Below, in pieces: positions 35,564 through 43,835 of a stretch of DNA of 52,765 nt (position 1 is its first letter; each line of letters begins with the position of its first letter). The stretch comes from an uncultured archaeon. Its GTDB lineage: Archaea > Nanobdellota > Nanobdellia > Pacearchaeales > GW2011-AR1. A program made the position numbers and the translations under genes. The stretch spans positions 1-52,765 of the forward strand of contig CAIKWG010000030.1 in the NCBI GenBank assembly GCA_903831045.1, read 5' to 3'. The notes under the pieces were generated by a model, which was given only the letters and a program-made list of their open reading frames with translations, was not told the DNA's origin and ran no database searches.

Positions 35564-36229
35564 TTAAGGTCTTCTCTTTGGTAGCCAGAAATTTTTTTCA
35601 TTAAACTGAGGAATTGAATTGTCTTCTTGTTTAGTTTCTTCTGCTTTTTTTGGTTCTTCTTTTATTTCTTCGGGAGCAGAATTTATTTTTTCTTTTAATT
35701 CTATTAATTCTGAAGGAGATTTTCTTTTCCTTGCAGAGGTTAGAGTTTCATTTCCATAAACTGGAAAAACATTCAGCATAGAATGACCTAGAGCCTCTGA
35801 TTCTTCAATTTCTACTTTTTTAGGAGAAAAAGTTTTTTGTAATTTTTCTGCAATTTTATTTGCTAAATCTCTTATATCATTTGATATTAGCTTTGGATTT
35901 GCTAGATGTTCTCTTGGAATTATTAAAATATGACCTTCTGAAACCGGATTAATATCTAGAATTGCGACTGCTCTATCATTTGCCATGATTTGCGTTGAAG
36001 GAATCTCGCCCGAAGCAATTGAACAAAAAATGCATTTTTGCTCTGAAGTTTTTTCTCCTTCTTCTTGGCCTCCTAGCATTCCATTTTGTTTTAGAAAATA
36101 TATGAATTCTTCATCATTCATAGCTAAAAGTTGTTGTTTAGATTCTTCTCTAGTTTCTTCTGGAAAAGTTTTTTCAATTTGGTCCAGTAAGCTCTTTCTT
36201 ATGGTGTCTAATCCTTCCAAATTATCCAT
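35564..36229 (-). CDS. HIT-fold protein with N-terminal extension and degenerate histidine triad
   Basis: HIT N-motif CIFCSIASGEIP and HILIIPREH are present. The triad position reads GHSMLNVFP (H-x-M-x-N). Confidence 0.65.
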   Translation of the reverse strand: MDNLEGLDTIRKSLLDQIEKTFPEETREESKQQLLAMNDEEFIYFLKQNGMLGGQEEGEKTSEQKCIFCSIASGEIPSTQIMANDRAVAILDINPVSEGHILIIPREHLANPKLISNDIRDLANKIAEKLQKTFSPKKVEIEESEALGHSMLNVFPVYGNETLTSARKRKSPSELIELKEKINSAPEEIKEEPKKAEETKQEDNSIPQFNEKNFWLPKRRP

Positions 36230-36282
36230 TATTTATAGAAATAAAAAGAGTTTATAAGAATTTGTTTGATTAATTGAAATGT

Positions 36283-36555
36283 TTAGGCAACCTTTCTCAA
36301 ATCAATTACTTGAGCAGACTGAACTTCAGGTATTCTACCTAGTTTTTCTTCAATATCTGAGGTGTCTCCAGCTTCATCAAAGAAAAAGAATACAATAACT
36401 GCTTTTAATCCAAAAGCAATTGGTTCAATTGAATATTCTTTGTTTGTACCATTATTCTCTTCAATTATCTTCTTTGCTGCTGCTTCTATCTTTGTTAAAT
36501 CTACACTTGGTGAATCCGGCATTAATTTTACTTTAACTCCAACTATTCCTGACAT
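36283..36555 (-). CDS. Translation elongation factor aEF-1 beta
   Basis: 90 aa with VKVKLMPDSPSVDL, EPIAFGLKA and a QSAQVIDLRK tail, as is typical of aEF-1beta. Confidence 0.85.
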   Translation of the reverse strand: MSGIVGVKVKLMPDSPSVDLTKIEAAAKKIIEENNGTNKEYSIEPIAFGLKAVIVFFFFDEAGDTSDIEEKLGRIPEVQSAQVIDLRKVA

Positions 36556-36668
36556 ATTTTGACTAATTTGGAGGGGTTTATAAATTTTTGTTTAAGGGTA
36601 TTTTTCTGGATATTCATTCTATTTTTGAGTAACACAATTCTTAAAAAGAAAAAGATTCTAGTTTAGGC

Positions 36669-37592
36669 ATGGAAGGAAATTATGAAAAAATTATTGAAAA
36701 ATTGTCGAAGGTGTCTGGATTAGACAGAGATGAAATTAATAGACGTGTTGAAGCTAAAAGAGCTAAATTATCTGGTCTAATTAGTCGTGAAGGAGCCTTA
36801 CAAATCATTGCTGCAGAGCTTGGAATCTCTTTTGATAATGAAAAATTAAAAATTAATGAGCTACTTCCTGGAATGAGGAAGGTAAATTTTGTTGGAAAAA
36901 TCATTAGTATTTATCCAATTAGAGTTTTCAAAACTAAAAACGGAGATGAAGGTAAAGTTGCGAATATGATTCTTGCAGATGATACGGCAAATATTAAGGT
37001 TGTTCTATGGGATACAAATCACATTGCTCTTATCGAAAAAGGGGATATCGCTGAAGGAACATGTGTGGAAATTTTTAGTGGAAGTATGAGGGACAATGAA
37101 GTTCATCTTGGAAGTTTTTCTGAATTTAAGATTAGTAATGAGGAGTTCAAAGAAATTAAAAATGAAAGGTCTTTGAAAGAAAAAAAGATTATTGAATTTA
37201 GCTTGGGAGATAAAGTTAGAATTAGAGCTTTTGTTGTTGCAGGTTTTGATCCACGATTTTTTGAAGCAAATCTTGAGACTGGAAAAAAAGTAACGGAAGA
37301 AGAACTTGCTAGCGGAATTCCAACTGAAAAAAGAGCAATCTGGAATATTGTTATTGATGATGGTAGTGAATCAATTAGAGCAGTTTTGTTCCATGAAAAT
37401 GTTCAGGCAATGGGATTAAATGAATATAACGATCTGGCAGTTATGAATCAACAAAAAGAAAATGTTTTTGGTAAAGAAGTTGTGCTTGTTGGAAATGTTA
37501 AGATGAACAGTTATTTTCATACGCCCGAATTAATTGTTGAGAGTGTTGAGGAATTAGATTTAGACAATCTAATTGCAGAGTTGGAAAAATAA
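36669..37592 (+). CDS. Replication protein A-like ssDNA-binding protein (OB folds)
   Basis: The N-terminal module (GLDRDEINRRVEAKRAKLSGLISREGALQIIAAELGI) is typical of archaeal RPA. Two OB-like segments follow. 307 aa. Confidence 0.7.
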   Translation: MEGNYEKIIEKLSKVSGLDRDEINRRVEAKRAKLSGLISREGALQIIAAELGISFDNEKLKINELLPGMRKVNFVGKIISIYPIRVFKTKNGDEGKVANMILADDTANIKVVLWDTNHIALIEKGDIAEGTCVEIFSGSMRDNEVHLGSFSEFKISNEEFKEIKNERSLKEKKIIEFSLGDKVRIRAFVVAGFDPRFFEANLETGKKVTEEELASGIPTEKRAIWNIVIDDGSESIRAVLFHENVQAMGLNEYNDLAVMNQQKENVFGKEVVLVGNVKMNSYFHTPELIVESVEELDLDNLIAELEK

Positions 37593-37630
37593 ATAGTTAG
37601 TTTTAAATCTTGTATTTTCTTATAAATTCT

Positions 37631-38080
37631 ATGTTGGTGAGAACTCATCTAGCAATTGGAATCTTTGGGATTCTTTTATTATTACCATTTGTAGAGGGAA
37701 AATTAATTTTTATTATTGTAACCTTAATTGCAACTTTATTGCCAGATATTGATTCTGCCTATTCTACTTTGGGGCAGAAAAAAATGTTTATGTTCTTGCA
37801 ATTTTTTGTAAAGCACAGAGGCATTTTGCATAGTTTTACTTTTTTAACTCTATTAACAATAATTTTCTTGCTTTTTTTACCTCAAATTGCATTGGGATTC
37901 TTCCTGGGATATAGTGTTCATCTTTTTGTAGATAGCTTTACTAAAGATGGAATTGTTTTATTCTATCCGTTTAAGGCAAAATCTTCTTGGAAAATAAAAA
38001 CTGGTGGAAAAATGGAAACAGTTGTGCTTGTTATTTTCCTAATGGTAGATATTCTGCTTATTTTGGTTAGATTGCTCTAA
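37631..38080 (+). CDS. Membrane-bound metal-dependent hydrolase, YdjM/DUF457 family
   Basis: It has THLAIG, LLPDIDS, RGILHS and HLFVDSFTKDGI strings within TM helices. TTG 37610 trimmed to ATG 37631. Confidence 0.7.
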   Translation: MLVRTHLAIGIFGILLLLPFVEGKLIFIIVTLIATLLPDIDSAYSTLGQKKMFMFLQFFVKHRGILHSFTFLTLLTIIFLLFLPQIALGFFLGYSVHLFVDSFTKDGIVLFYPFKAKSSWKIKTGGKMETVVLVIFLMVDILLILVRLL

Positions 38081-38182
38081 GATTAAACTAATCTTTATAT
38101 TTATTTTAAATATTTTCTTAGGTTCTTGAAATATACATTTTATTGCTATAAACCTTATAAAGGAGGAGAATTTGCATTTAAT

Positions 38183-39226
38183 ATGGCTACAAAAAAAGAA
38201 ATGGATGAGATTAAAGATGCTATTTCTGATGAAGATGAAGAATCTTCAAAGAAGAAAAAAAAGAAATCTGATGATGTGAAAGAGCCAGAATTAACTGATT
38301 TACCTGGAATTGGGCCTGCTGTTGCCGCTAAACTAGAAAGTGCAGGAATTCTTGATATGATGAGTTTAGCAGTTATGAGTCCTGCTTCACTTGGAGATGC
38401 TGCAGGTGTTAGTCCGGCAGTTGCTAGAAAAGCAATTCAAGCTGCTAGAAATATGCTTGATCTGGGATTTTGTGATGGAATGGAATTTGCAAAGAAGAGA
38501 GCAAATGTGAATTATATTACTACAGGAAGTAAAAATTTGGATGAACTTCTGGGGGGAAGAGGAATTGAGTCTAAATCCATTACTGAAGCATTTGGTGCCT
38601 TTGGTTCTGGAAAGACTCAGCTGGGATTATCTTTGGCTGTAAATGTTCAAATGCCTCTTGCTCAGGGTGGGGCAGAAGGAAAATGTGTTTTTATTGACAC
38701 AGAAGGAACATTCAGACCCGAAAGAATTAAACAATTTGCGGATGGAATTGGAGCCAATCCTGAAAAAGTTTTAAAAAATATTTTGGTTGCTCGTGCATTT
38801 AATTCTGATCATCAGATGTTATTATTAGAAAAAATTGGAGAACTGATTAAAGCTGGTGAACCAATTAGACTTTTGATTGTTGATTCTTTAACTGCACATT
38901 TTAGAGCAGAATATGCTGGAAGAGGACAACTTGCTGACAGACAGCAGAAGTTGAATAGATATATGCACGATTTAATGAAGCTTGCTGAAACTTACAATTT
39001 AGCTGTTTATGTAACTAATCAGGTTATGGCAAATCCTGCTCAAATGTTTGGGGATCCAACAACTGCAATTGGAGGAAATATTGTTGGACATGCTTCTACT
39101 TATAGAATTTATTTAAGAAGAGGAAAGGCAGGTAGTAGAGTTGCTAAATTAATTGATAGTCCAAATCTTCCAGATAATGAAGCTGTTTACTTTGTAACAA
39201 CTGCTGGAATTAAAGATAAGGAATAA
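38183..39226 (+). CDS. radA: RadA recombinase
   Basis: HhH N-domain (LTDLPGIGPAVAAKL), Walker A GAFGSGKTQ and Walker B LLIVDS. TTG 38126 trimmed to ATG 38183, which is preceded by AAGGAGGA. Confidence 0.95.
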   Translation: MATKKEMDEIKDAISDEDEESSKKKKKKSDDVKEPELTDLPGIGPAVAAKLESAGILDMMSLAVMSPASLGDAAGVSPAVARKAIQAARNMLDLGFCDGMEFAKKRANVNYITTGSKNLDELLGGRGIESKSITEAFGAFGSGKTQLGLSLAVNVQMPLAQGGAEGKCVFIDTEGTFRPERIKQFADGIGANPEKVLKNILVARAFNSDHQMLLLEKIGELIKAGEPIRLLIVDSLTAHFRAEYAGRGQLADRQQKLNRYMHDLMKLAETYNLAVYVTNQVMANPAQMFGDPTTAIGGNIVGHASTYRIYLRRGKAGSRVAKLIDSPNLPDNEAVYFVTTAGIKDKE

Positions 39227-39227
39227 A

Positions 39228-39497
39228 ATGGCAAAAATAAACTTAGAAAAAAACATTTATTTGTATGGAAAGTATTACAGTTTTTCTGCAGGAGGATTTT
39301 CTCCTAGAGAAGAGCATTACGACTTGATTATCTATCTTAATCCTAAGGTCCATGATAGAGTTATAGGTTCTCTTAATGGATTTTTTATTAGTGATAATAA
39401 AATTGAAGACTCTAAATCAAATTTACTCTGTAGATTTGATGAAATGAAAGATTTTGAAAAAATGTATAACGGGAAGTTTATTCCTTTTGAAAAATAA
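39228..39497 (+). CDS. Micro-protein family A, copy 1 (unknown function)
   Basis: 89 aa, starting 1 nt after the radA stop. It is a paralogue of 39759..39998 (IYLYGKYY vs LYLYGRNA, SLNGFFISD vs TLEGIFFCD, YNGKFIPF vs YSGKFVPF). Confidence 0.6.
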   Translation: MAKINLEKNIYLYGKYYSFSAGGFSPREEHYDLIIYLNPKVHDRVIGSLNGFFISDNKIEDSKSNLLCRFDEMKDFEKMYNGKFIPFEK

Positions 39498-39498
39498 A

Positions 39499-39756
39499 AT
39501 GGTATACAAAACACTTATAAAATTTAATGAAGAAAAGAATTATCAGTTAGCTAAATCTTGGTTAAAAGGTCTTATTAGTGATAATGAAGGGTCTTGTGTT
39601 TTTAATGATGATCGAGATCATTATGAAAGTAGAAATCAATATGTTAAAATTAATTTAGATCATAAAATTTTCGAGATTACAGCAGAATGTTTTTCTGCTC
39701 AAGAAGAATTCCATTTAAGAAAAACTCTAGAAGAAAAGTTTGAAAAAAAGGAATAA
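39499..39756 (+). CDS. Micro-protein B1 (unknown function)
   Basis: 85 aa. The ATG lies 1 nt after the A1 stop, and the junction TTGAAAAATAAAATGG mirrors the A2/B2 junction. ORF-track start 39454 trimmed. Confidence 0.5.
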   Translation: MVYKTLIKFNEEKNYQLAKSWLKGLISDNEGSCVFNDDRDHYESRNQYVKINLDHKIFEITAECFSAQEEFHLRKTLEEKFEKKE

Positions 39757-39758
39757 AA

Positions 39759-39998
39759 ATGGAAAATAATTTTTCTCATTATTTATATCTCTATGGAAGG
39801 AATGCTAATCTCTCAGCTAAAGATGAAAAGATTGTAATTTATTCTAGAATTGAAGATAAAGACAATAGATTTGTTAGAACATTGGAAGGAATATTTTTCT
39901 GTGATATTAATTTGGGCAAAGAAAATGAACATCTAATTTCCAGGAAGAAAATGGATGAGTTTGAAACTAAATATTCTGGAAAATTTGTTCCTTTTTAA
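39759..39998 (+). CDS. Micro-protein family A, copy 2
   Basis: 79 aa, a paralogue of A1. It starts 2 nt after the B1 stop with AGGAATAAAAATGG, the same junction as radA/A1. Confidence 0.6.
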   Translation: MENNFSHYLYLYGRNANLSAKDEKIVIYSRIEDKDNRFVRTLEGIFFCDINLGKENEHLISRKKMDEFETKYSGKFVPF

Positions 39999-40005
39999 AA
40001 ATAAA

Positions 40006-40257
40006 ATGGCAGATGAAAAATGTGATTATTGCAAATCTATTGAAGGGAAACTTTGTTGTCTTGCTTATCATAGAATGAACGATGCCCATAAAGAAGATTG
40101 GGCAGAATTTCATTCTTCTTGTGAATCCAATTTTTATAGAGGATGTAATTTTTATTTGGTAGAATTAATTTTTTCTGATTCTAAAAAATCAAGATTGGCT
40201 CAGGAAGCTTATAACACTGATTTGGACAATTTTGGATGGGAGGACGAGTTTTCATGA
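40006..40257 (+). CDS. Cys-rich micro-protein B2 (putative zinc-binding)
   Basis: 83 aa with CDYC...CC...C...C. ORF-track start 39955 trimmed to ATG 40006. Confidence 0.5.
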   Translation: MADEKCDYCKSIEGKLCCLAYHRMNDAHKEDWAEFHSSCESNFYRGCNFYLVELIFSDSKKSRLAQEAYNTDLDNFGWEDEFS

Positions 40258-40463
40258 TTTATAATTTGCCTCCATTAAAAGATGAATATGGCCCGTGTGA
40301 CAGATTAATTGCAGATTGCTATTTGCACAAAGAAAAGGGTGTTCTTTTGGAAGAGCTTAGCGTTGGAAATTGTATAGAATGCACTTATAACTTGAAGAAA
40401 GAAAAGACTTTTAAACCCAACTCAAATGAGTTAGAAGATAGGGTAAATGAAAATGACAAATGA
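40254..40463 (+). CDS. Cys4 micro-protein C
   Basis: 69 aa with C-x6-C ... C-x2-C (GPCDRLIADC, GNCIEC). It has an ATGA overlap with the B2 stop and GGGAGGA 9 nt upstream. An alternative ATG lies at 40236. Confidence 0.5.
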   Translation: MIYNLPPLKDEYGPCDRLIADCYLHKEKGVLLEELSVGNCIECTYNLKKEKTFKPNSNELEDRVNENDK

Positions 40464-40665
40464 AACAATAAAACCAAGTTTTGCAGTATGTTATCAAGAG
40501 GATCCTTGTTTGTTCAAATTTCCTCAACATGAGCAATTAGCAGGACAATTGATTAGTTATTCTACTTGCAGGTCTTCTGGATATTGTGAATATAGAGATA
40601 AAGTAATTGATAATCTAAAACTTAAAGAAGAGAGTGTTTTAGAAAAAGATGTTAAATCAGAATGA
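40447..40665 (+). CDS. Cys4 micro-protein D
   Basis: 72 aa with C-x5-C ... C-x5-C (VCYQEDPC, TCRSSGYC). It overlaps gene C by 17 nt. An alternative ATG lies at 40453. Confidence 0.45.
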   Translation: MKMTNETIKPSFAVCYQEDPCLFKFPQHEQLAGQLISYSTCRSSGYCEYRDKVIDNLKLKEESVLEKDVKSE

Positions 40666-40960
40666 TATGCGGATTGGAAGTTTTTATTCTTTAAATAATA
40701 GTTATTTCAGACTTTATGATTTTGGTGAAATTGCCTTTTTTAGAATTAAAAATGATATAGTCGGTAAGGATTTTCAGAGATTAGAAGGTATTCCCTTTGA
40801 TGAAAAATGGAAGAGAAAGCTTTCTCCGGATTGTTCTTTGGCGCTTTGGAAATATGCACATAGAACTTTTGTTCACGAGATACAGAGAGATTATTTTAAT
40901 GATTTTGGTAGAGAATTAGAATTTAGGGTTAATTTTGATGAAGATATAATTCTAGATTAA
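40649..40960 (+). CDS. Micro-protein family A, divergent copy 3
   Basis: 103 aa. It shares YFRLYDFG and FQRLEGIPFDE with A2 (YLYLYGRN, FVRTLEGIFFCD). An alternative ATG lies at 40667. The stop abuts the convergent ndk stop. Confidence 0.5.
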   Translation: MLNQNDMRIGSFYSLNNSYFRLYDFGEIAFFRIKNDIVGKDFQRLEGIPFDEKWKRKLSPDCSLALWKYAHRTFVHEIQRDYFNDFGRELEFRVNFDEDIILD

Positions 40961-41446
40961 TTACATAAAGAAATCTCTAATTGTTTTATGAGCATGTAAT
41001 TCTTTTTTATCAAACCAGAGTGGGATTTCAATATCGGCATCTTCTTTATTTCCAGATGCATGGATAAGATTTTTTATCATTATCTCTTTTCTGTTTCCAT
41101 ATTCTTTGGATATGTGAGAAAAATCTCCCCTAATTGTTCCAGCTGGAGATTCATTGGGATAGGTTGAACCAACTATTTTTCTTGTTACTTTAATTGCATC
41201 TGCTCCCTCAAGCACCATGGCTATAACCGGGCCTTCTCTAATGTAATTTATTAATTCATTTCTTACTTTCTCTCCATGTCTTTCTGCAACATCTTCTCTA
41301 TAATGTTTTTTTGCAAATTTTTCATCTATCCAAACCATCTTTAATCCGAGGATTTTTAATCCAGAATCTTCAAATCTAGTAATTATTTTTCCAATTAAAT
41401 GTCTAAACACTCCATCGGGTTTTATTAGCACTAAAGTTTTTTCCAT
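40961..41446 (-). CDS. ndk: Nucleoside diphosphate kinase
   Basis: It has TLVLIKPDGV, GTIRGDF and the active-site NLIHASG. 161 aa. Confidence 0.92.
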   Translation of the reverse strand: MEKTLVLIKPDGVFRHLIGKIITRFEDSGLKILGLKMVWIDEKFAKKHYREDVAERHGEKVRNELINYIREGPVIAMVLEGADAIKVTRKIVGSTYPNESPAGTIRGDFSHISKEYGNRKEIMIKNLIHASGNKEDADIEIPLWFDKKELHAHKTIRDFFM

Positions 41447-41561
41447 AGTGAACTTTAGAAATCTTATTTTATAAATATTCTTATGCTGGAAAGTTTTTTA
41501 GTCCTTAAGGGTCACAAAAAGATTTATAAATCTAAAGTTCTTATGGATATTTAGAAAGAGT

Positions 41562-43412
41562 ATGGTGATTAATAAAAAGTTTTTGTTTTCTGGTATGTTA
41601 TTCGTATTCTTAATGATGTTTGTTAGTGCAGCAAATCATAATATTACTACTTCTACCGGAGCTTTATCTTTTAGTGTTAATCAGACTGTTCAATATACCT
41701 ATAATATCACCGTAAATAATACTGTAGCTGGAGTAACTCCAATTACACAGGTAAATATTACTTTACCTTCAGGATTTAGTCTTACTACTGGCACTAATGG
41801 AACTTCTAATTCGTCTGCTGCTATATTTAGTTATAATTCTACTAGTAGAGTTTTAAGTTGGGCAAATCTTAGTGGAACTGGATATTTAGTGAATAGTAGT
41901 CGTTGGGAGTATTTTTGGTTTAATGCTACAATGGATATTCCTGGAAATTACAACTTTACTGTTGTTACATTAAATTCTACTAATTATAACATTTCAAATA
42001 TTTCTGTTACTATTAATGATACTGGTGCTCCTGTAATGAACTATGTTTCTCCGATTGCATATGCAAATCTATCTGCATCTTCTGTTTCGGTAAATGTTTC
42101 GGTTAATGATACATATAGCAGTGTTAGTAAGGTTAATTTTTCATTATATAATTCAACTTGGTATCTTTTGAATCAAACTATTGTTAGTGCTAGTGGTGGA
42201 GCAACTGCTTTTGCGAATATGACTTTTAGTCAAAATATTACAGATAGTATGACTTATTATGTTAATATCACTGCAAATGATAGTGCAGGAAATTTAAATT
42301 CAACAACTTTGACACGAGTATTTACAATTGATCAGACTGCACCTCTTGTAACTTTGCCTAATTATGTTAATGGAACTGCTAAGAAGAATACGCAAAATTT
42401 AACAATTAATGTATCTCTTACCGATACAATAAGTTTAGTTGGGGGATATTGTAATATTAGTGTTGGAGGAAATTCAAATATTACTGTTAGCGTGGCGAGT
42501 GGATGGTGTAATAGTACAAATGTTGCTTTGACAAGTTTAGCTGATGGAAATCAGACACTTTACATTTATGCCTTTGATAATGCAGGAAATATGAGAATAA
42601 ATAGTACTTCAGTGGTTCAGGTAGATACAACTGCTCCTGTTCCTTCTTATAGTTGTGCACATTCAGTTGTTTCATTAGGAGAATCCTTAGGTTGTTCATG
42701 TACTGCTACAGATGCTACTTCAGGTGTATTTTCAACTTCTACTACAAGTGTTTCAACTGCAGTAATGGGAACTTTTAGTACAACATGTACTGCTACAGAT
42801 AATGCCGGTAATGAGGCTTCTGCATCTTTCAGTTATGAAGTTGTAAATAGTGGTGGAGCAAGTTCTGGAGGTTCTGGTGGAGGAGCTACATCTTCATCAT
42901 GGACATATAACGTTGGAGAAACTCAATTTAACAGTGGATATACTCAAGCATTAAAGATTAATGATAAATTTAAGGTATTAGTTGGTGGAGCTTATCACAC
43001 AGTTTCTCTTCTAAACATTGTTTCAAGTGTTGTTACAATTGAGGTTGCTAGTAACCCTGTTCAAGCTACATTAAATGTGGGAGACACAAGAAAGTTTGAT
43101 TTGACTGCTGATGGATATTATGATTTGAGTGTTACATTAAATTCTATTAATTCAGTAACTAAGAAAGCAAATATTAGTGTAAATTCTATATACGAAAAAG
43201 TAACTGTTGATAGTTCTGCAGTTGAAGAAGAAAAGCAAGAAGTTGCTAGTGATATTCAAAAAGAAGCTGAATCTAACCCAGAGGTTGCTGAAGCAAGTAA
43301 TTTATGGTTATGGATTGTAGGAATTGTAATAGTTTTGGTGATTGTTATCGTTCTTGTTTCTAAATCAAAGAAGCAGAAGAAAAAAAAAAGATACATGGCG
43401 TTCGGGTATTAA
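41562..43412 (+). CDS. Secreted, heavily sequon-decorated surface protein with C-terminal TM anchor (S-layer/adhesin candidate)
   Basis: Sec signal MMFVSA-AN, Ig-like repeats and very dense N-x-S/T. It also has a G/S linker, a C-terminal TM helix (LWLWIVGIVIVLVIVIVLV) and a basic tail KKQKKKKRYMAFGY. Confidence 0.7.
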   Translation: MVINKKFLFSGMLFVFLMMFVSAANHNITTSTGALSFSVNQTVQYTYNITVNNTVAGVTPITQVNITLPSGFSLTTGTNGTSNSSAAIFSYNSTSRVLSWANLSGTGYLVNSSRWEYFWFNATMDIPGNYNFTVVTLNSTNYNISNISVTINDTGAPVMNYVSPIAYANLSASSVSVNVSVNDTYSSVSKVNFSLYNSTWYLLNQTIVSASGGATAFANMTFSQNITDSMTYYVNITANDSAGNLNSTTLTRVFTIDQTAPLVTLPNYVNGTAKKNTQNLTINVSLTDTISLVGGYCNISVGGNSNITVSVASGWCNSTNVALTSLADGNQTLYIYAFDNAGNMRINSTSVVQVDTTAPVPSYSCAHSVVSLGESLGCSCTATDATSGVFSTSTTSVSTAVMGTFSTTCTATDNAGNEASASFSYEVVNSGGASSGGSGGGATSSSWTYNVGETQFNSGYTQALKINDKFKVLVGGAYHTVSLLNIVSSVVTIEVASNPVQATLNVGDTRKFDLTADGYYDLSVTLNSINSVTKKANISVNSIYEKVTVDSSAVEEEKQEVASDIQKEAESNPEVAEASNLWLWIVGIVIVLVIVIVLVSKSKKQKKKKRYMAFGY

Positions 43413-43454
43413 ATAAGTAGTAATTTATTTAAGCTAATTTTGTTTAAGATATTT

Positions 43455-43835
43455 ATGAAGAGTATGAAAAATATTAAAAAAAGGAAATATCTTTTTGTTT
43501 GTCAACATAATTTTACTAGAAGTAGGTATGGTGCTGAATTTCTTAGTGGTTTTCTTGATGGTCGAGGCATTAGTGCTCAAATTGATTCTGCAGGCCTCGG
43601 TATTGCATCTTATTTCCTCGGAAAGAGAATTAATCATAAATTTCTCAAAGACGTGGATATAGTGTTTGTAATGGAAAATTACATGAAGGATTATCTAGAA
43701 TGTAGGTTCTGTTTTGATAAATCTAAAATCGTTGTTTTGAATATTAAAGATGACTATGGGTTTCTAAAAAGGAAGTCAATTAAAGAGCTGGATAAACTTT
43801 TACGGAGAGTTAAATGGCAGAAATATCTGAAATAA
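43455..43835 (+). CDS. Divergent low-molecular-weight phosphatase / ArsC-like protein
   Basis: It has a C-x5-R-S P-loop near the N-terminus (VCQHNFTRS) and a DDY near the C-terminus. TTG 43440 trimmed to ATG 43455. Confidence 0.5.
   Translation: MKSMKNIKKRKYLFVCQHNFTRSRYGAEFLSGFLDGRGISAQIDSAGLGIASYFLGKRINHKFLKDVDIVFVMENYMKDYLECRFCFDKSKIVVLNIKDDYGFLKRKSIKELDKLLRRVKWQKYLK

Noticed and set aside
38183-38310. Acidic/poly-lysine N-terminal extension of RadA (DEDEESSKKKKKKSDD)
   Set aside because: This is a low-complexity tail upstream of the HhH domain. It is probably lineage-specific variation, with too little information to assign a function.
3442-39226. Inteins in DP2 (3442..6912) or RadA (38183..39226)
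   Set aside because: Both proteins have normal lengths and uninterrupted conserved motifs. I saw no intein splice-junction or homing-endonuclease blocks.
2844-43454. Extended N-termini given by the ORF track at 2844, 6854, 18235, 18284(-), 27948, 31005, 32969, 37610, 38126, 39454, 39955 and 43440
   Set aside because: These begin at TTG or GTG, or at upstream ATGs inside the preceding gene. The internal ATG gives the N-terminus expected for the family (for example MKIGIDLDD, MATKKEM.., MKKKGEL..), usually with coupled stop/start or an SD-like site. The true starts remain unverified.
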